A stretch of DNA of 63,660 nucleotides, filler included, from Choristocarpus tenellus KU-1152 (taxonomy: Eukaryota > Protista > Phaeophyceae), in NCBI GenBank assembly GCA_964200185.2. It is 7 parts of 7 records of this genome, joined end to end, with 100 filler letters (N's around TTAATTAATTAA, not from the genome) between each part and the next. Parts side by side here need not be neighbours in the genome. Positions count along the whole stretch, not along the records: positions 25,482 to 54,168 come from CAXNAD020000121.1; positions 54,269 to 58,995 come from CAXNAD020013318.1; positions 59,096 to 63,660 come from CAXNAD020013989.1; 4 more parts are not named here. The stretch is one strand, 5' to 3'. This document shows, in pieces, positions 53,115-63,660 of this stretch. Under the pieces are notes generated by a model. That model was not told where the DNA came from, did no database searches, and was given only the letters and a program-made list of their open reading frames with translations. Both the position numbers and the translations under genes were made by a program. Position 1 is the first letter of the stretch. Each line of letters begins with the position of its first letter.

Positions 53115-53209
53115 GAGTCAAAGTATCTTAGAGGGTAGAGCCGCGTGGGAAGTCAAGATCCAAACGGACAAACAAGGAAAAACTCGTACCCTCTAAGATA
53201 CTTTCACTT
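53115..53209. mobile_element. 95-bp internally deleted mini-copy of MITE family B
   Basis: Both TIRs present; TSD tca/tca. Confidence 0.9.
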
Positions 53210-54059
53210 TCATACAACCCCCTCAATGACAACTCAAATTTCTTCTCTATTTTCAAATTCTCCCTCACCCCCCAACCACTCTTTAAGCTCCTCACTCCCT
53301 TCACCTTCCCCTCCCCTCTACCTTTTATCTCCCAGCGTAATGATCCTGGCCTTGGTGTCCCTGACGTCCATTGTGCGTGTTGCGGTAGCAATGGCGCCCA
53401 CTGGTCCCTCCTCGCCAGCCCATCCTCAGAGGTCTTTCTTGGTAGAGTTACCCTCGGCCTTGCCTCCCTTAACGTTTTCTTCTTCCCCTTCCAGGAAATG
53501 GTCAAATTTGCAGAAGCCATGTTCTTTAGGAATTCACATTCCTTCCCCGCTTTGAAGGCATAACATGGGTTATACACCCTTGCCATCTCACTCGACACCC
53601 CATCCCTACTCCTTTCCGCTGGTCTTGGGGACTTGGGACGATCTCGTTTCTCCCCACGTTTCGTCCCTCTTCATCGATCGTGAGCGTGCCCCAACACTGT
53701 ATAAAGTGGGTAGCATGTTCTTTGCCTGGCTCAGTGTCGTTTCCAAACTCATAAAGCGGGGACTTGGGGGGGTGGTATCCACGTCTACGAAGGTGGGCAG
53801 GCGTTATATTTGCTGTCAATAACATCTGCTGCAGTTGCTATCTGTTTGGTCCAACATTCGAGATCCTCCCCCACTGCTCGGTATACCAAGTCAGCTATCC
53901 GTGGATGATTCTGCAACGTTGGCTTCTTGGCCCCATAAAAAATCCTTACCTTACTCCTATCTTCTTCCAGTTCTTTGACCACATTCGCCATCCTTCTCTT
54001 CCCCGGTGTCCACCCCTCCCCATACCTGCAGATTTCTCCCACTGCTGCCACGAAGGAGT

Positions 54060-54168
54060 AAGTGAAAGTATCTTAGAGGGTACGAGTTTTTCCTTGTTTG
54101 TCCGTTTGGATCTTGACTTCCCACGGGTTTTTAATGACATTTTACCTACTCCAAAATGTTTCGGAGGA
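54060..54168. mobile_element. MITE family B copy cut by the contig end
   Basis: AAGTGAAAGTATCTTAGAGGGTACG... Confidence 0.88.
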
Positions 54169-54268
54169 NNNNNNNNNNNNNNNNNNNNNNNNNNNNNNNN
54201 NNNNNNNNNNNNTTAATTAATTAANNNNNNNNNNNNNNNNNNNNNNNNNNNNNNNNNNNNNNNNNNNN
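54169..54268. other. Artificial contig spacer
   Basis: N44-TTAATTAATTAA-N44. Confidence 0.98.
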
Positions 54269-56666
54269 GGGTATACCTTCTACATGATATTCAAGATAGG
54301 TAACCTTCAGGGTATACCTTCTGTGGAATGTGGCTCTCACACTAAGTCCAAAAAAGTTCCAAAATTTTGTGAGGTATAAAAATATTTTCTCTATTATTTT
54401 GTAGTATCGCTTACCGTCGAACAATTTCGATTGAATTCCTGTCATAATAATATTCCTACTCAACTGTCAATATTGTAAGGTGAGGTTCGTGAAATACGCG
54501 TAAGTAGGAAGGTAATCCTGTGACTTCAGTTCTTCACATAATAACCTAAGTACGACAATTTTGACCTACGTTGCACTTATTTTTTTGGGGTATCTTTCTC
54601 CACTCCCCCTACTAATAAACAATATAATATTGGTTAGATTTTGCATTCTGTAGTCAGCAAAAAAATTAAGTACTCACAACATAGATATTCTTTTGAGATG
54701 AAAACGTAATTAGAAATGGTTGGTCCCCATTTCATACATGTGGAATTGGGTACGTCATCTCTGAAGGGCTCACAAAATCAAGCAACAACACTAACCATTC
54801 AAGAGAGTAGGATATAGGGGTTGAAGATTGAATTTGAGAGATGAGTAATCAGAGTTTCGGTTTTCTATGTCTATTTCATTTTAGTATGAGTGTATGCCAA
54901 ATCATATTTGTAGATATTCTTGTTGAGGTAGAGAGTGGTAATCGAGAAGGCACATACATAACAATACATACTATGCATACACACATACATTCATAATAGA
55001 CACACATAAATAAACAGTACGTACTTATATACTCCTTAGAAATATACATACATCATACACACATGGCAACTCGTACCTCCTCTCCAAGACTGTTGCTTCA
55101 CGCACTGGCATGGTAGTGATGGTTGCTGACGTGGTGATAGAAGACCCATTGGATAGTGGATCAAATATTGTCAGGAGCTGCCTTGAATTTCCTCAAGAAG
55201 TGCAGGAATGGACATTTGCCAGTTGGTTGTTGCGTGCGAAGTATCACACCTACCTACCTACCTACTATACGCAATTCTACATAAGCACAAACCACGATTG
55301 AGGCAGAGTATTTCAGTCACAGCTCAAGTGGTCATATCCAGAAGAGTTTCACACTTTAAATGAGAGATTCCAGGTTGATGGGCTAGGAGAGGCTTGACGG
55401 ATTCAGGGATTCTTCCCTTATTTCTCGCACGCCTTTAAATCGTCTGTTTAGGAGTTCCGTTTCGTTGTTTTCTTGTCCATTGTTTGACGTACTATAATAC
55501 CTCTGTGATTGGTGAATCTGATATAATAGCAGTTTTTCTGGTTATTTTGCTTCTTGTATTCCTTACAACATGATATTTCCTCTTCACCAGTCTCTATTGT
55601 GATGTATGATGTATTACAGCCTTCTCCCCTTCGTATATATATATATATATATATATATATTCCCGTATGGCAACCCCTACAACATGTATGTCACTGGCTA
55701 TGAAAACATTAGTAGTTTAGTACAATATGTACCAGAAGAGAGTGTGTACTACTAATGCAACACAACAACCCGCTACTAGTACTAATAATACCACTCGATT
55801 GGTTTGAAAGTGACAGTACAGCAAAGGAGTAAGAAGTGCTTGGTAGAAGTACAAGAAATAAGAGCTTTCTATTCAACAACCAAACAACATACTTGGTATA
55901 GAGCTCTATCTAGCAGATATTATTATGACGGCAACAACATTGAAGAAACACAATTAGCAAACGATATAAAATATTATACCCTGAAGTATAACGATAATGA
56001 GGCTGTTTTCTTCGACACCTAGCACCATTATATATATATATGAGTAAATAGTATGGTGCAGTGCCAACTCTGGAAAAAAAAGAAGTTGGACCTGCGCCTC
56101 AATGCCGCGACTGGATTCCTTCAGTCTTCTTCAGGTACCAGCTGCCTTTTTGGCATCATTGGCATCCTTCTCATCCATCATCACCTTGTACCAGGCATAC
56201 GCTACACAGGAAGACGAGAAACCGCACATTGTTCTGGTTCAATGTGTTTTTCTTTGCTGTAGCATTGTTCTCAGATAATGAGAACATGGACTCTGATTCT
56301 GGATGTGAAACAGGAGTGAGCAAACAAAGCGGGTAAGTTCTGGGTAGGCGTGGAGAGGATGAGGCCATCTCTCGTCACCACTTAATAGGCTTGCGGCTAG
56401 TGAAGAATTTGCTTCTTCTCTCATCACCCACCACTTGAAGGCATTGGATCATCTATCTTGAAGGAGTGAATTTCAACGTCCACTCATCATGCCGACTGCT
56501 CAATGTGTTCTCTCCTCGTGACTTGCACTGTCCCTCCACCAACAGAGCAGGAGCAGCAGAAGCAGGAGCAGCAGGTGCACTTCCACCACAAAAATGCCCA
56601 AGGGAAGCTCTAGTGAACCCCTTTAGCCAAATTATTGGATAAGGCTGCGACCTCTCAGCATGGGCA

Positions 56667-56751
56667 GTGTATGTGTGTGTGTGTATGTGTGTGTGTGTAT
56701 GTGTGTGTGTATGTGTGTGTGTATGTGTGTGTGTGTATGTGTGTGTGTGTG
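56667..56751. repeat. Interrupted (GT)n microsatellite
   Basis: Direct reading; a (TA)n tract also occurs at 55634-55660. Confidence 0.95.
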
Positions 56752-58873
56752 TTGTATGTACTGCGCTAGCTGTGGCAAATATATCCTGCGTCGATTGCTC
56801 TACATCCAGGCAGGATGTGAACTACTTCTGACTATACACCCACCCCTCCAAACTGTGTCATGCGTTTCCTTTGGAACACTGTGGAAAGGGTGCCTGGTCC
56901 TGCCTAGGTGGGATCCAAACCGGTGACCAACACCTGCTTCCACTTGTTGTTGTACCCTTTATTTGGGCTGCCTACTAAGCGGACTCTCCGAGTAGTGCAT
57001 GGTACTACGATATTGAACCCATTGTCAATACGGTTTGGAAAATTCTCTAATCATCACATCTTCTGTCAAGAGTTACGCAGTCTTCTTTGCCCATTCATGC
57101 AGTTCCTCCTTATGGTCCTGGAGTCCAGGGTTAGGGATGGTAGATCGTACATTATTTGTTCTTTGAGCTCAATGTGTGGGTCACATACGCATGCAAGGGA
57201 TGATGAAGATTTCGGTCATACAGGTACTTTCTTCGGGTAATTTTAGACCGACTTGACCAACTCCAGTTACCTTTGCCATCAATGGGGGACTTTTACTAAT
57301 CCTTTTTAGTTACCTTTGCTTAGTACAAAAAAAAGCAAAAAACGAAGAGTAACCTAAAAAATGTTCGAACTTTTAACGGTTTGATGAACGCGATTATACT
57401 TCCGATTTTAAGCGAATTGAACCGATTAAATCGTTGGGGTTCACCACACAGATAAAATATTCTTAGGAGCAGTGGACAAGAACAAGTACACCTTTCCAGG
57501 TGTGGACTAAACAAGGTACATACCCATATTTTGTGAAAGGCGTGCAGAAACCTTCGTATTCCTACTACTATTGTTGTACTACTTTGACTTGCAAAACAAA
57601 ATGTGGTCTCTTCTTATCGATGTTTTGTTGCGCATGCTCTCTTACATGTACGTACCTCCCTCTCCTCATTGACACACCTATCTCAAAATGTCAGTGGGTA
57701 TGTAATAATTCTTCTGATAAGAAATAGTTTCATTATTCAAAAGTAGTGACAAACTCTCTTCACAACCCCTCAAGCCACAAAATCTTCAGCCTTTCTTAAA
57801 CAAAGCATGGGCAATATCCCGTCTCAGACACTAGTAGAGGGGATAATGATCCTGGCAGTGGAGAAAGAGCACAGATATGAGTGTAAGTTAAAACTTCGCA
57901 CTACCTCTGGCGTGGTCCATCACCAGGCTGTGGACCTTTTTTCTCTCAGTGGAAGCCGGGTTTTTTTCGCGTTGTGTTAATTGATGAATCGAATCAAAAC
58001 GAACTTGTCTCCAGGTCGTACATTTTCAACTGTAAATTCCCAAACAAAAAAAAATGTAGCACGAAAAAATACACAACGAATTACTCTGTGTCAGTATGGA
58101 AGGAAAACCCAAAAAAGACTTAACATGGTAAAAAAAGAATAGGTCCAGGGGAGTCGATTCTCCTCCCCTCCCCACCCCACCCCCAAAAGCAATTATAGTA
58201 CTCTCGAGAGTATCCAGTCACAGTTACCTACTATCAGTAAAAACATAAGTGCCGTAAGCACACTGGCAACACGCACATAAATACCACCACCAGGGTATAC
58301 CGACCTGGACCCCATACCCAACCCCAGGCTCTGCCGGTAGTGTTACAAGTGTTTGTGTGACTGTGATCACTTTCACGTTCTGAGCTGTGATTGCTTCTTC
58401 GGCCTCCCTAGCATGCCAGACGTCCATGCTGAAGTGTTTGACTCCCTTCTCCACACACCTATCTCATTCCTTTGCGTCTACTCCACCTGTTTGGATCTTC
58501 TGTGGCAAGCAAACCCCGCTTTGCAGGTGCCATCTTAACACTCAAGGCCATCCTGGAGGCACAACCACAATTTTTTTCCAGGCCTCCCATTTTGTCCTGT
58601 TACGTATACTTCGAATTATTATTAATACTATTAGCAGAGATGTAATAAACAATAAGAAAATGGTTGCTTGCTTTACATGGGCTCTTTGCCAGGGCAACTA
58701 CTCTATGGTGTTCTCTCACCCTGACAAAATTCCTTCTATTAGCAAGCTGCAAGAATTAGATTTCTGAAATAGTAACACATTGATCACACGTTGTTCCCCT
58801 ACAAAGAAAATGTTGCTTCTAAAAACCGAATGTGAGAGTATTGAGGCGATTTTGTGATAACAGATACTCTTGT

Positions 58874-58995
58874 GGCTCAAAGTATCTGGGGGGGGGGTGG
58901 CGGCTGTCCATTTGGGGTCAATTTTTTCGTGTCGCGATTTTTGGGTGATTTGGTTGCATAATTCGGATGGATAATGTAAATGCACTTTTCCTGAT
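58874..58995. mobile_element. MITE family A, left part, cut by the contig end
   Basis: GGCTCAAAGTATCTGGGG... Confidence 0.88.
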
Positions 58996-59095
58996 NNNNN
59001 NNNNNNNNNNNNNNNNNNNNNNNNNNNNNNNNNNNNNNNTTAATTAATTAANNNNNNNNNNNNNNNNNNNNNNNNNNNNNNNNNNNNNNNNNNNN
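58996..59095. other. Artificial contig spacer
   Basis: N44-TTAATTAATTAA-N44. Confidence 0.98.
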
Positions 59096-59175
59096 ATGCA
59101 CTTTTCCTGATTTCGGTCCAAATGGATACCCTGGTGTAGCCACCCCCCCCCCCCCCCCCACAGATACTTTGGGTC
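59096..59175. mobile_element. MITE family A, right part
   Basis: ...CAGATACTTTGGGTC. Confidence 0.88.
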
Positions 59176-59409
59176 ATAGGGTTGGAAGGAAAATTAAAGT
59201 TGAACAAGCTGACGCTTGGTAATGCAAGAAAAGCGAGATAAGTGAGAACAAGCCCAGAATACCTTGAGGGCATACAACTGAGTAAGGTGATCCGTTTCCT
59301 CCCGATCAATCCATAGTAGCGCTTGCTTTGCATCCCAATTGTCGATTTCCCTTGAAGTGCAATAGCTTATTTACTACTTTTCCTGGCTGTCCCTGCTCTG
59401 ACCCAACAG

Positions 59410-62400
59410 TGATGACATTGAGGGTGCCGCCATGTTGCAATGCCACTGGCAAGACTCAGTAAGTTATCCGGGCTCGGAAAATAGGAAGGATTCGACTCAG
59501 AAGGATATCAGCGGAGGTGATGGTGGGACCGCAAGCAGATCCTTGGAACCTTCGAGTCCTGAGTTGACAAGATTGGTGAGGTAACGTTTTTTCTTCTTGC
59601 TACTTCAAGTTAACTATCCTCCCGAAATTGCACTGGTCTGTAACCATAACATATAAAGTCTGAGCAACCAGCCTCAACAAGGAGTACCCCCCCAAAAAGT
59701 CGCGTAGTCATCCCCTAAACCTAGGAAATTGTTGAAAAAAAAACAAAGCATTATGTTTAGAAGGACGCCAAATTGAGCTTACACTGGCAGTGGGGCCATC
59801 TAGAGTGCAGCACTGGGCAGGTAGCTTCTGAGGTAGCAAAATTTTGTCCATTGGTGTTACCCTTATCGGTATGGAGCTCTTTGCCCATCATGGCTTCTCC
59901 TACTTGCTATGAATCTTCAAAATTCAGCAGTGAGTGTATACCAACATTACTACTGTGAAGTAAAGACTGGCCAATAGCATCCTAGACGGGGGATCAGACA
60001 TCCAATGACGGCCTGTGTAACCCTGTAGTGATTTTCGTATCATATATGAGTATGTCAGATATAAAGACAATTTCCTCCATCTAAAGCACCTTCCTTGCCA
60101 CCCATCTCCCTGGACCAAATGCGAAGGAAATTCACCCGCAAAAAGAGGTATCAAACAGGGGTATCTTACAACACCCCATGAAGCCCTGAACGGACAACCT
60201 GGGCAAAAATACTCCCCCCTCTTGGATATTATGGGCCAGGCGTTCACTATGGGGAACGCTCCAGCCCTTTTCCATACTTAAATGTCTATATGGAAGACTT
60301 CTGTATAATCTTCCTCGCTACCTCCTCTGCAACAGGTGCCTGGAGTTAGTTCTGCGCACTCTTCCTCAACCTCTCCTGTACGGCAGATGCAGGGGTGTAA
60401 AAATAACATCACACCCATGAGCACAAGACGTAGAATGTTAAGGTTTGGCATGTCTAGAGAGCGCAAGACTTTGGTGCGAATGCTACAGGACCACATTGCC
60501 AAGGATGTTCCGTACGAGGCTATTATCCGCCTGTCCAATCTTTTTGCATTCGAGGTATGTTTTCCTCATAGCATAGGTGTGTTTGCTGATTTGATTACTG
60601 TAAGTCTATTTTTATGCCAACTTGCCCTTCTCTGTAGCTAGTCCTCTCAACAATGAGTATTTTCCTTATACGAGTGTGATCATGCAAGCATGAAGTTCTT
60701 AGAGTAGCTACGAGGTCTTGGTGTATAATAAACGTGTGTCCGTGATACAAGGTCGGCAAAATAACTAGCAAGAATTGCGTTTTTTCAGAGTCAGTTTAGA
60801 CTCAATTTAAGAGTTATCTAAGTGGACAGGTCAATTTCAGTGTAGCCATGTATGTGTCACCGACTTGAGATCAAATCGGCCTAAGAGCTATCATTATAGG
60901 TCCAACCCACTAGTAAACATATTTGTTCTACTTTGAGGGGAAAGAATTATGCACAATCTTTGTACACGATAAAGATCCTAGAGATTACAAAAACGACATT
61001 TCAATTGGTGGGTACCATGCTAAACTCAATGGAAACTTTCGCTCTTATCCTCCCACTGTGAAACCTAGTTCCCCCTTCATCCTCCTTGCTCTGTCTAACC
61101 TCCTCCATGCTACAACTTAATGCACATGGTGGGTGCCCTCGAAATTGAGCAGGAGTTGTCTCTGGGAACTGTGCTATGGAAAGAAAACGGCTCAGCAACG
61201 AAAGCGTGCATGTTGATGAAGGGCAGTCTAGCTGGCATGAGAGGGAGCTCCGATGAGACTGAGAAGATGAGGAAAGTGCAAACTATCCTTCCTGGAAATC
61301 TCGCTGTGAGTAGCTAAGCATGGGCAAGATGAGAGAGGGACTCCTACCACAAAATGGACTACACCTTCCACAACACACCTCTTCTCCGCAACTACAATAT
61401 TTGCTCATCATTGCTCATACCTGCAGATGCCGACTTCCTTCTCCTTGAAGACAGTTCACTACAGGAAACAAAGCCTTCCACCTCATATTGTCGATATCCT
61501 TGTGTGATGGAATGCTGCTTCCCTGAAATTGCATAGCCTTTTGTTGTTGTGATATAGAATTGATTGATACTAAGGCCATTCGACAAACTCACTTGTCGAT
61601 TACCTCTCCTGCTACTCAATTCTCTCTCGTCAGTTCATGAATATCTTCCGTCAGAGTGAAAGTATCTTAGAGGGTACGAGTTTTTCCCTGTTTGTCCATT
61701 TGAGGCTTGGCTTCCAACGGGTTTTTAATGACATTTTGCCTACCCCAAAATGTTTCGGAGTAGGCAAAATGTATATGTTATGAAAAGGTGTATCCAGAAC
61801 AAGGATATGGATATTTCCTAACAAACACTTGATAGCCAAAATTACATCAAAATTACATCAAAATTGCAACATTGGATTTTGACCCCCAAATGGACGCGAC
61901 TATACCCTCTAAGATACTTTGATTCGTCATCTCCTTCTTGATTACACCTTCTGGCGCTTCACATTTCCAGGGTGAACTTGGCCTCTTGTGCGGCAAGAAT
62001 CACAGTGGGACTGTAGTGGCTGAGGAAAAGTCCTTGGTCGCTGTGCTTCTCCAAGCACAAGTCTCACATTTATCCACCACCGACCCACAGGTCCTGAGCA
62101 TACTCCAGGTAAATAGGTCTACCAAATGTGTCTCAGGTCAATGACTTCCAAGCGGGTTGAAAGGAAAATAAGTACTACAAAAAAAAAATGAAGATGCAAT
62201 GCCCATATCTAGAAGCAATTTCTTGTTGTTTTTCATAGGCTTAGCTTGCGCGAAGTCATTTCTACTTGCTGTATCAGGACACTCTGCCTGTTCATCCCTA
62301 GCAGTGCAATGCCGAGCTTGCATGGGGCAAACAAAATTACGGTGAATCAACCTTGGCCCTTTCAATTCCTATCCAAAATCATTGCCCACAAAATTTGAAA

Positions 62401-62568
62401 CTCTTAGACAACCTTTCCTTTCCCCCATCACTCCTCCCACGTAAACCCTTCATCCAGGGCATAGCACTCTCGACAGCTTACAGCAGATCTACTCAGCTCA
62501 GCATGTTCAATGCTGGGAGCTTGCCTAGAGGGGGCTCCAAAACCCAACTACAGACCCCAACGGTGTAA
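59410..62568 (+). CDS. C-terminal exons of a cyclic-nucleotide-binding-domain protein (possibly a SulP/SLC26-type transporter), 5' partial
   Basis: Exons 59410-59575, 60336-60554, 61153-61305, 61971-62108, 62458-62568 (GT-AG, phase-consistent): GTVLWKENGSATKACMLMKGSL...ILPGNLA|GELGLLCGKNHSGTVVA fits the cNMP fold; the transporter assignment is inference from domain position only. Confidence 0.75.
61654..61925. mobile_element. MITE family B copy in an intron
   Basis: Both TIRs present; TSD gtca/gtca; ends 45 bp before exon 61971. Confidence 0.92.
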
Positions 62569-63079
62569 GCCACAACCTTGACAGAGTAGTGAATTGAAGG
62601 AGATGCTGAACACAAACTGGTGTGATCCGAAAGGATGGGAGGTACTCTCTAGTACTTCAAATTCGAGTATCTTCATACTTTCACACTGCAAAAGAGTGCA
62701 AGATGGGAACATAGAAGTGGCTAAGAATAAATGAAAATACCTTCGACCCCTTGGAAGGGATGCCTGACGGTTAGTTGCTTCACATCTTGCTGGAATAGGC
62801 GTGGGGGCTGCTTACTCGGAACCTTGACAAGCACCCAGTACATAGACAAAAAAACTCGAAATAATATGGCACTGAGGGGTGGCTCACCAGAGCAGTTATG
62901 GAGTGTTACAGGAGAGGCAAGAGCTTTCCTTAACCCTGCAAGTTGGTAGTGACATTGAGGTTAGTAGAGGAAGTGTGTGTGCTCTCTTTTGTCAGTGGGG
63001 AGCATGTTTGAGCCTTAAATAGTGATAGTATAGTGGGTAGGAGTAAGTTAGGGCGAGAAGGAAGAATGACACAGGAAGT

Positions 63080-63460
63080 CATTCGGAGGATTTGAGGAAA
63101 AAACGAAGGGGTTGGGCTGAACGAAATATGTGGAATCTACAACTACAGGCTCGTGGACTTGAGTACGGTGGTGATTGTCGTGAACACATGAATGAAACTA
63201 TAAACTTGGAAGTTTTACGGTTTCTACCTTTGGAGCAAAGATGGTCGGTTTGATGGGTAGAGATGCCATGCAACACGATTCCCTATTATGAAGAGGTTAG
63301 GGGCTCAGGGAATAACAAGCAAGGCGCTGTACTATAAATTCCAACTTTCCTTTGGATGCCCTGAAAAACTCTTCTACATGAAGAAAACAGCACAGAGCAG
63401 TAACAACGAGTTTGCACTAGTTTTATTTTTATGGTTATGTTAGATGTGTGTTGTGCCTTT
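63080..63460 (-). mobile_element. Degenerate RTE-like LINE fragment
   Basis: IKIKLVQTRCYCSVLFSSC and MLHGISTHQTDH resemble the post-RT region of RTE-clade LINEs; heavily decayed. Confidence 0.35.
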
Positions 63461-63552
63461 GCCCCCCTCATGACATTTGCAGGATAACAGCAGACATATA
63501 ATACTAGCTCTTTAGAAAGGAATCGTTACAGTTTGTTTCTGTATGTTGCAAG

Positions 63553-63660
63553 GAGTGAAAGTATCTTAGAGGGTATGAATATTGCCCTTTTTGTCCATTT
63601 GGGACTTGACTTCCCACGTTTTTTTTTACAACATTTTCCTACTCCGAAATGTTTGGGAGT
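63553..63660. mobile_element. MITE family B copy cut by the window end
   Basis: GAGTGAAAGTATCTTAGAGGGTA... Confidence 0.88.

Larger units (their letters stand above)
50480..54059 (-). mobile_element. Decayed DIRS/Ngaro-type tyrosine-recombinase retrotransposon
   Basis: Domain order on the minus strand: gag with CCCH finger (CYAFKAGKECEF..[frameshift]..CKFDH), RT (VSAVGVIQEPTRVRIVHDLS; LQFGWKNSPGWW), RNase H (HIVGKRNYLAGGISRW), integrase N-terminal-like segment (GSVVPSTQKCYETAWKF); many stops and frameshifts. Confidence 0.75.

Noticed and set aside
55080-58540. Scattered exon-like minus-strand segments (55080-55240, 56100-56620, 58300-58530)
   Set aside because: In-frame stops, no consistent splice phase and no recognisable domain
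5794-59095. Recurrent TTAATTAATTAA flanked by N runs
   Set aside because: Identical 100-bp artificial linker between contigs; ORFs that cross it and gene neighbourhoods across it are artefacts
58874-59175. A single MITE A copy bridging the gap (16-bp overlap ATGCACTTTTCCTGAT)
   Set aside because: Outer flanks (tgt versus ata) do not form a TSD, so these may be two different copies; contiguity cannot be claimed

Overview
Eukaryotic, intron-rich, repeat-rich genomic DNA. The gene content, GT-AG introns and interstitial TTAGGG repeats suggest a stramenopile, probably a brown alga (inference, not verified). The window is seven contigs joined by artificial 100-bp spacers (N44-TTAATTAATTAA-N44), so adjacency across spacers is not biological evidence. 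Spliced genes I could reconstruct: 3' exons of an Mpv17/PMP22 protein, 5' exons of VPS4, a ~2,000-aa B-box protein, PC4/SUB1, a TPR + Aha1-N Hsp90 co-chaperone, a frameshifted class I SAM methyltransferase, and the 3' end of a cNMP-binding-domain protein. The rest is mostly transposon debris. Two abundant MITE families (23 copies or fragments) share terminal and subterminal motifs and make both 3-bp and 4-bp target-site duplications (TSDs). There are also DIRS/Ngaro-type tyrosine-recombinase retroelement relics, Copia gag, mariner and LINE fragments, and solo-LTR-like repeats. The most striking unexplained feature is a ~100-bp-stem foldback at 25080-25312. It has strand-biased G:U pairing and looks like an inverted duplication of a coding fragment, so it is a candidate miRNA/hairpin-siRNA locus.
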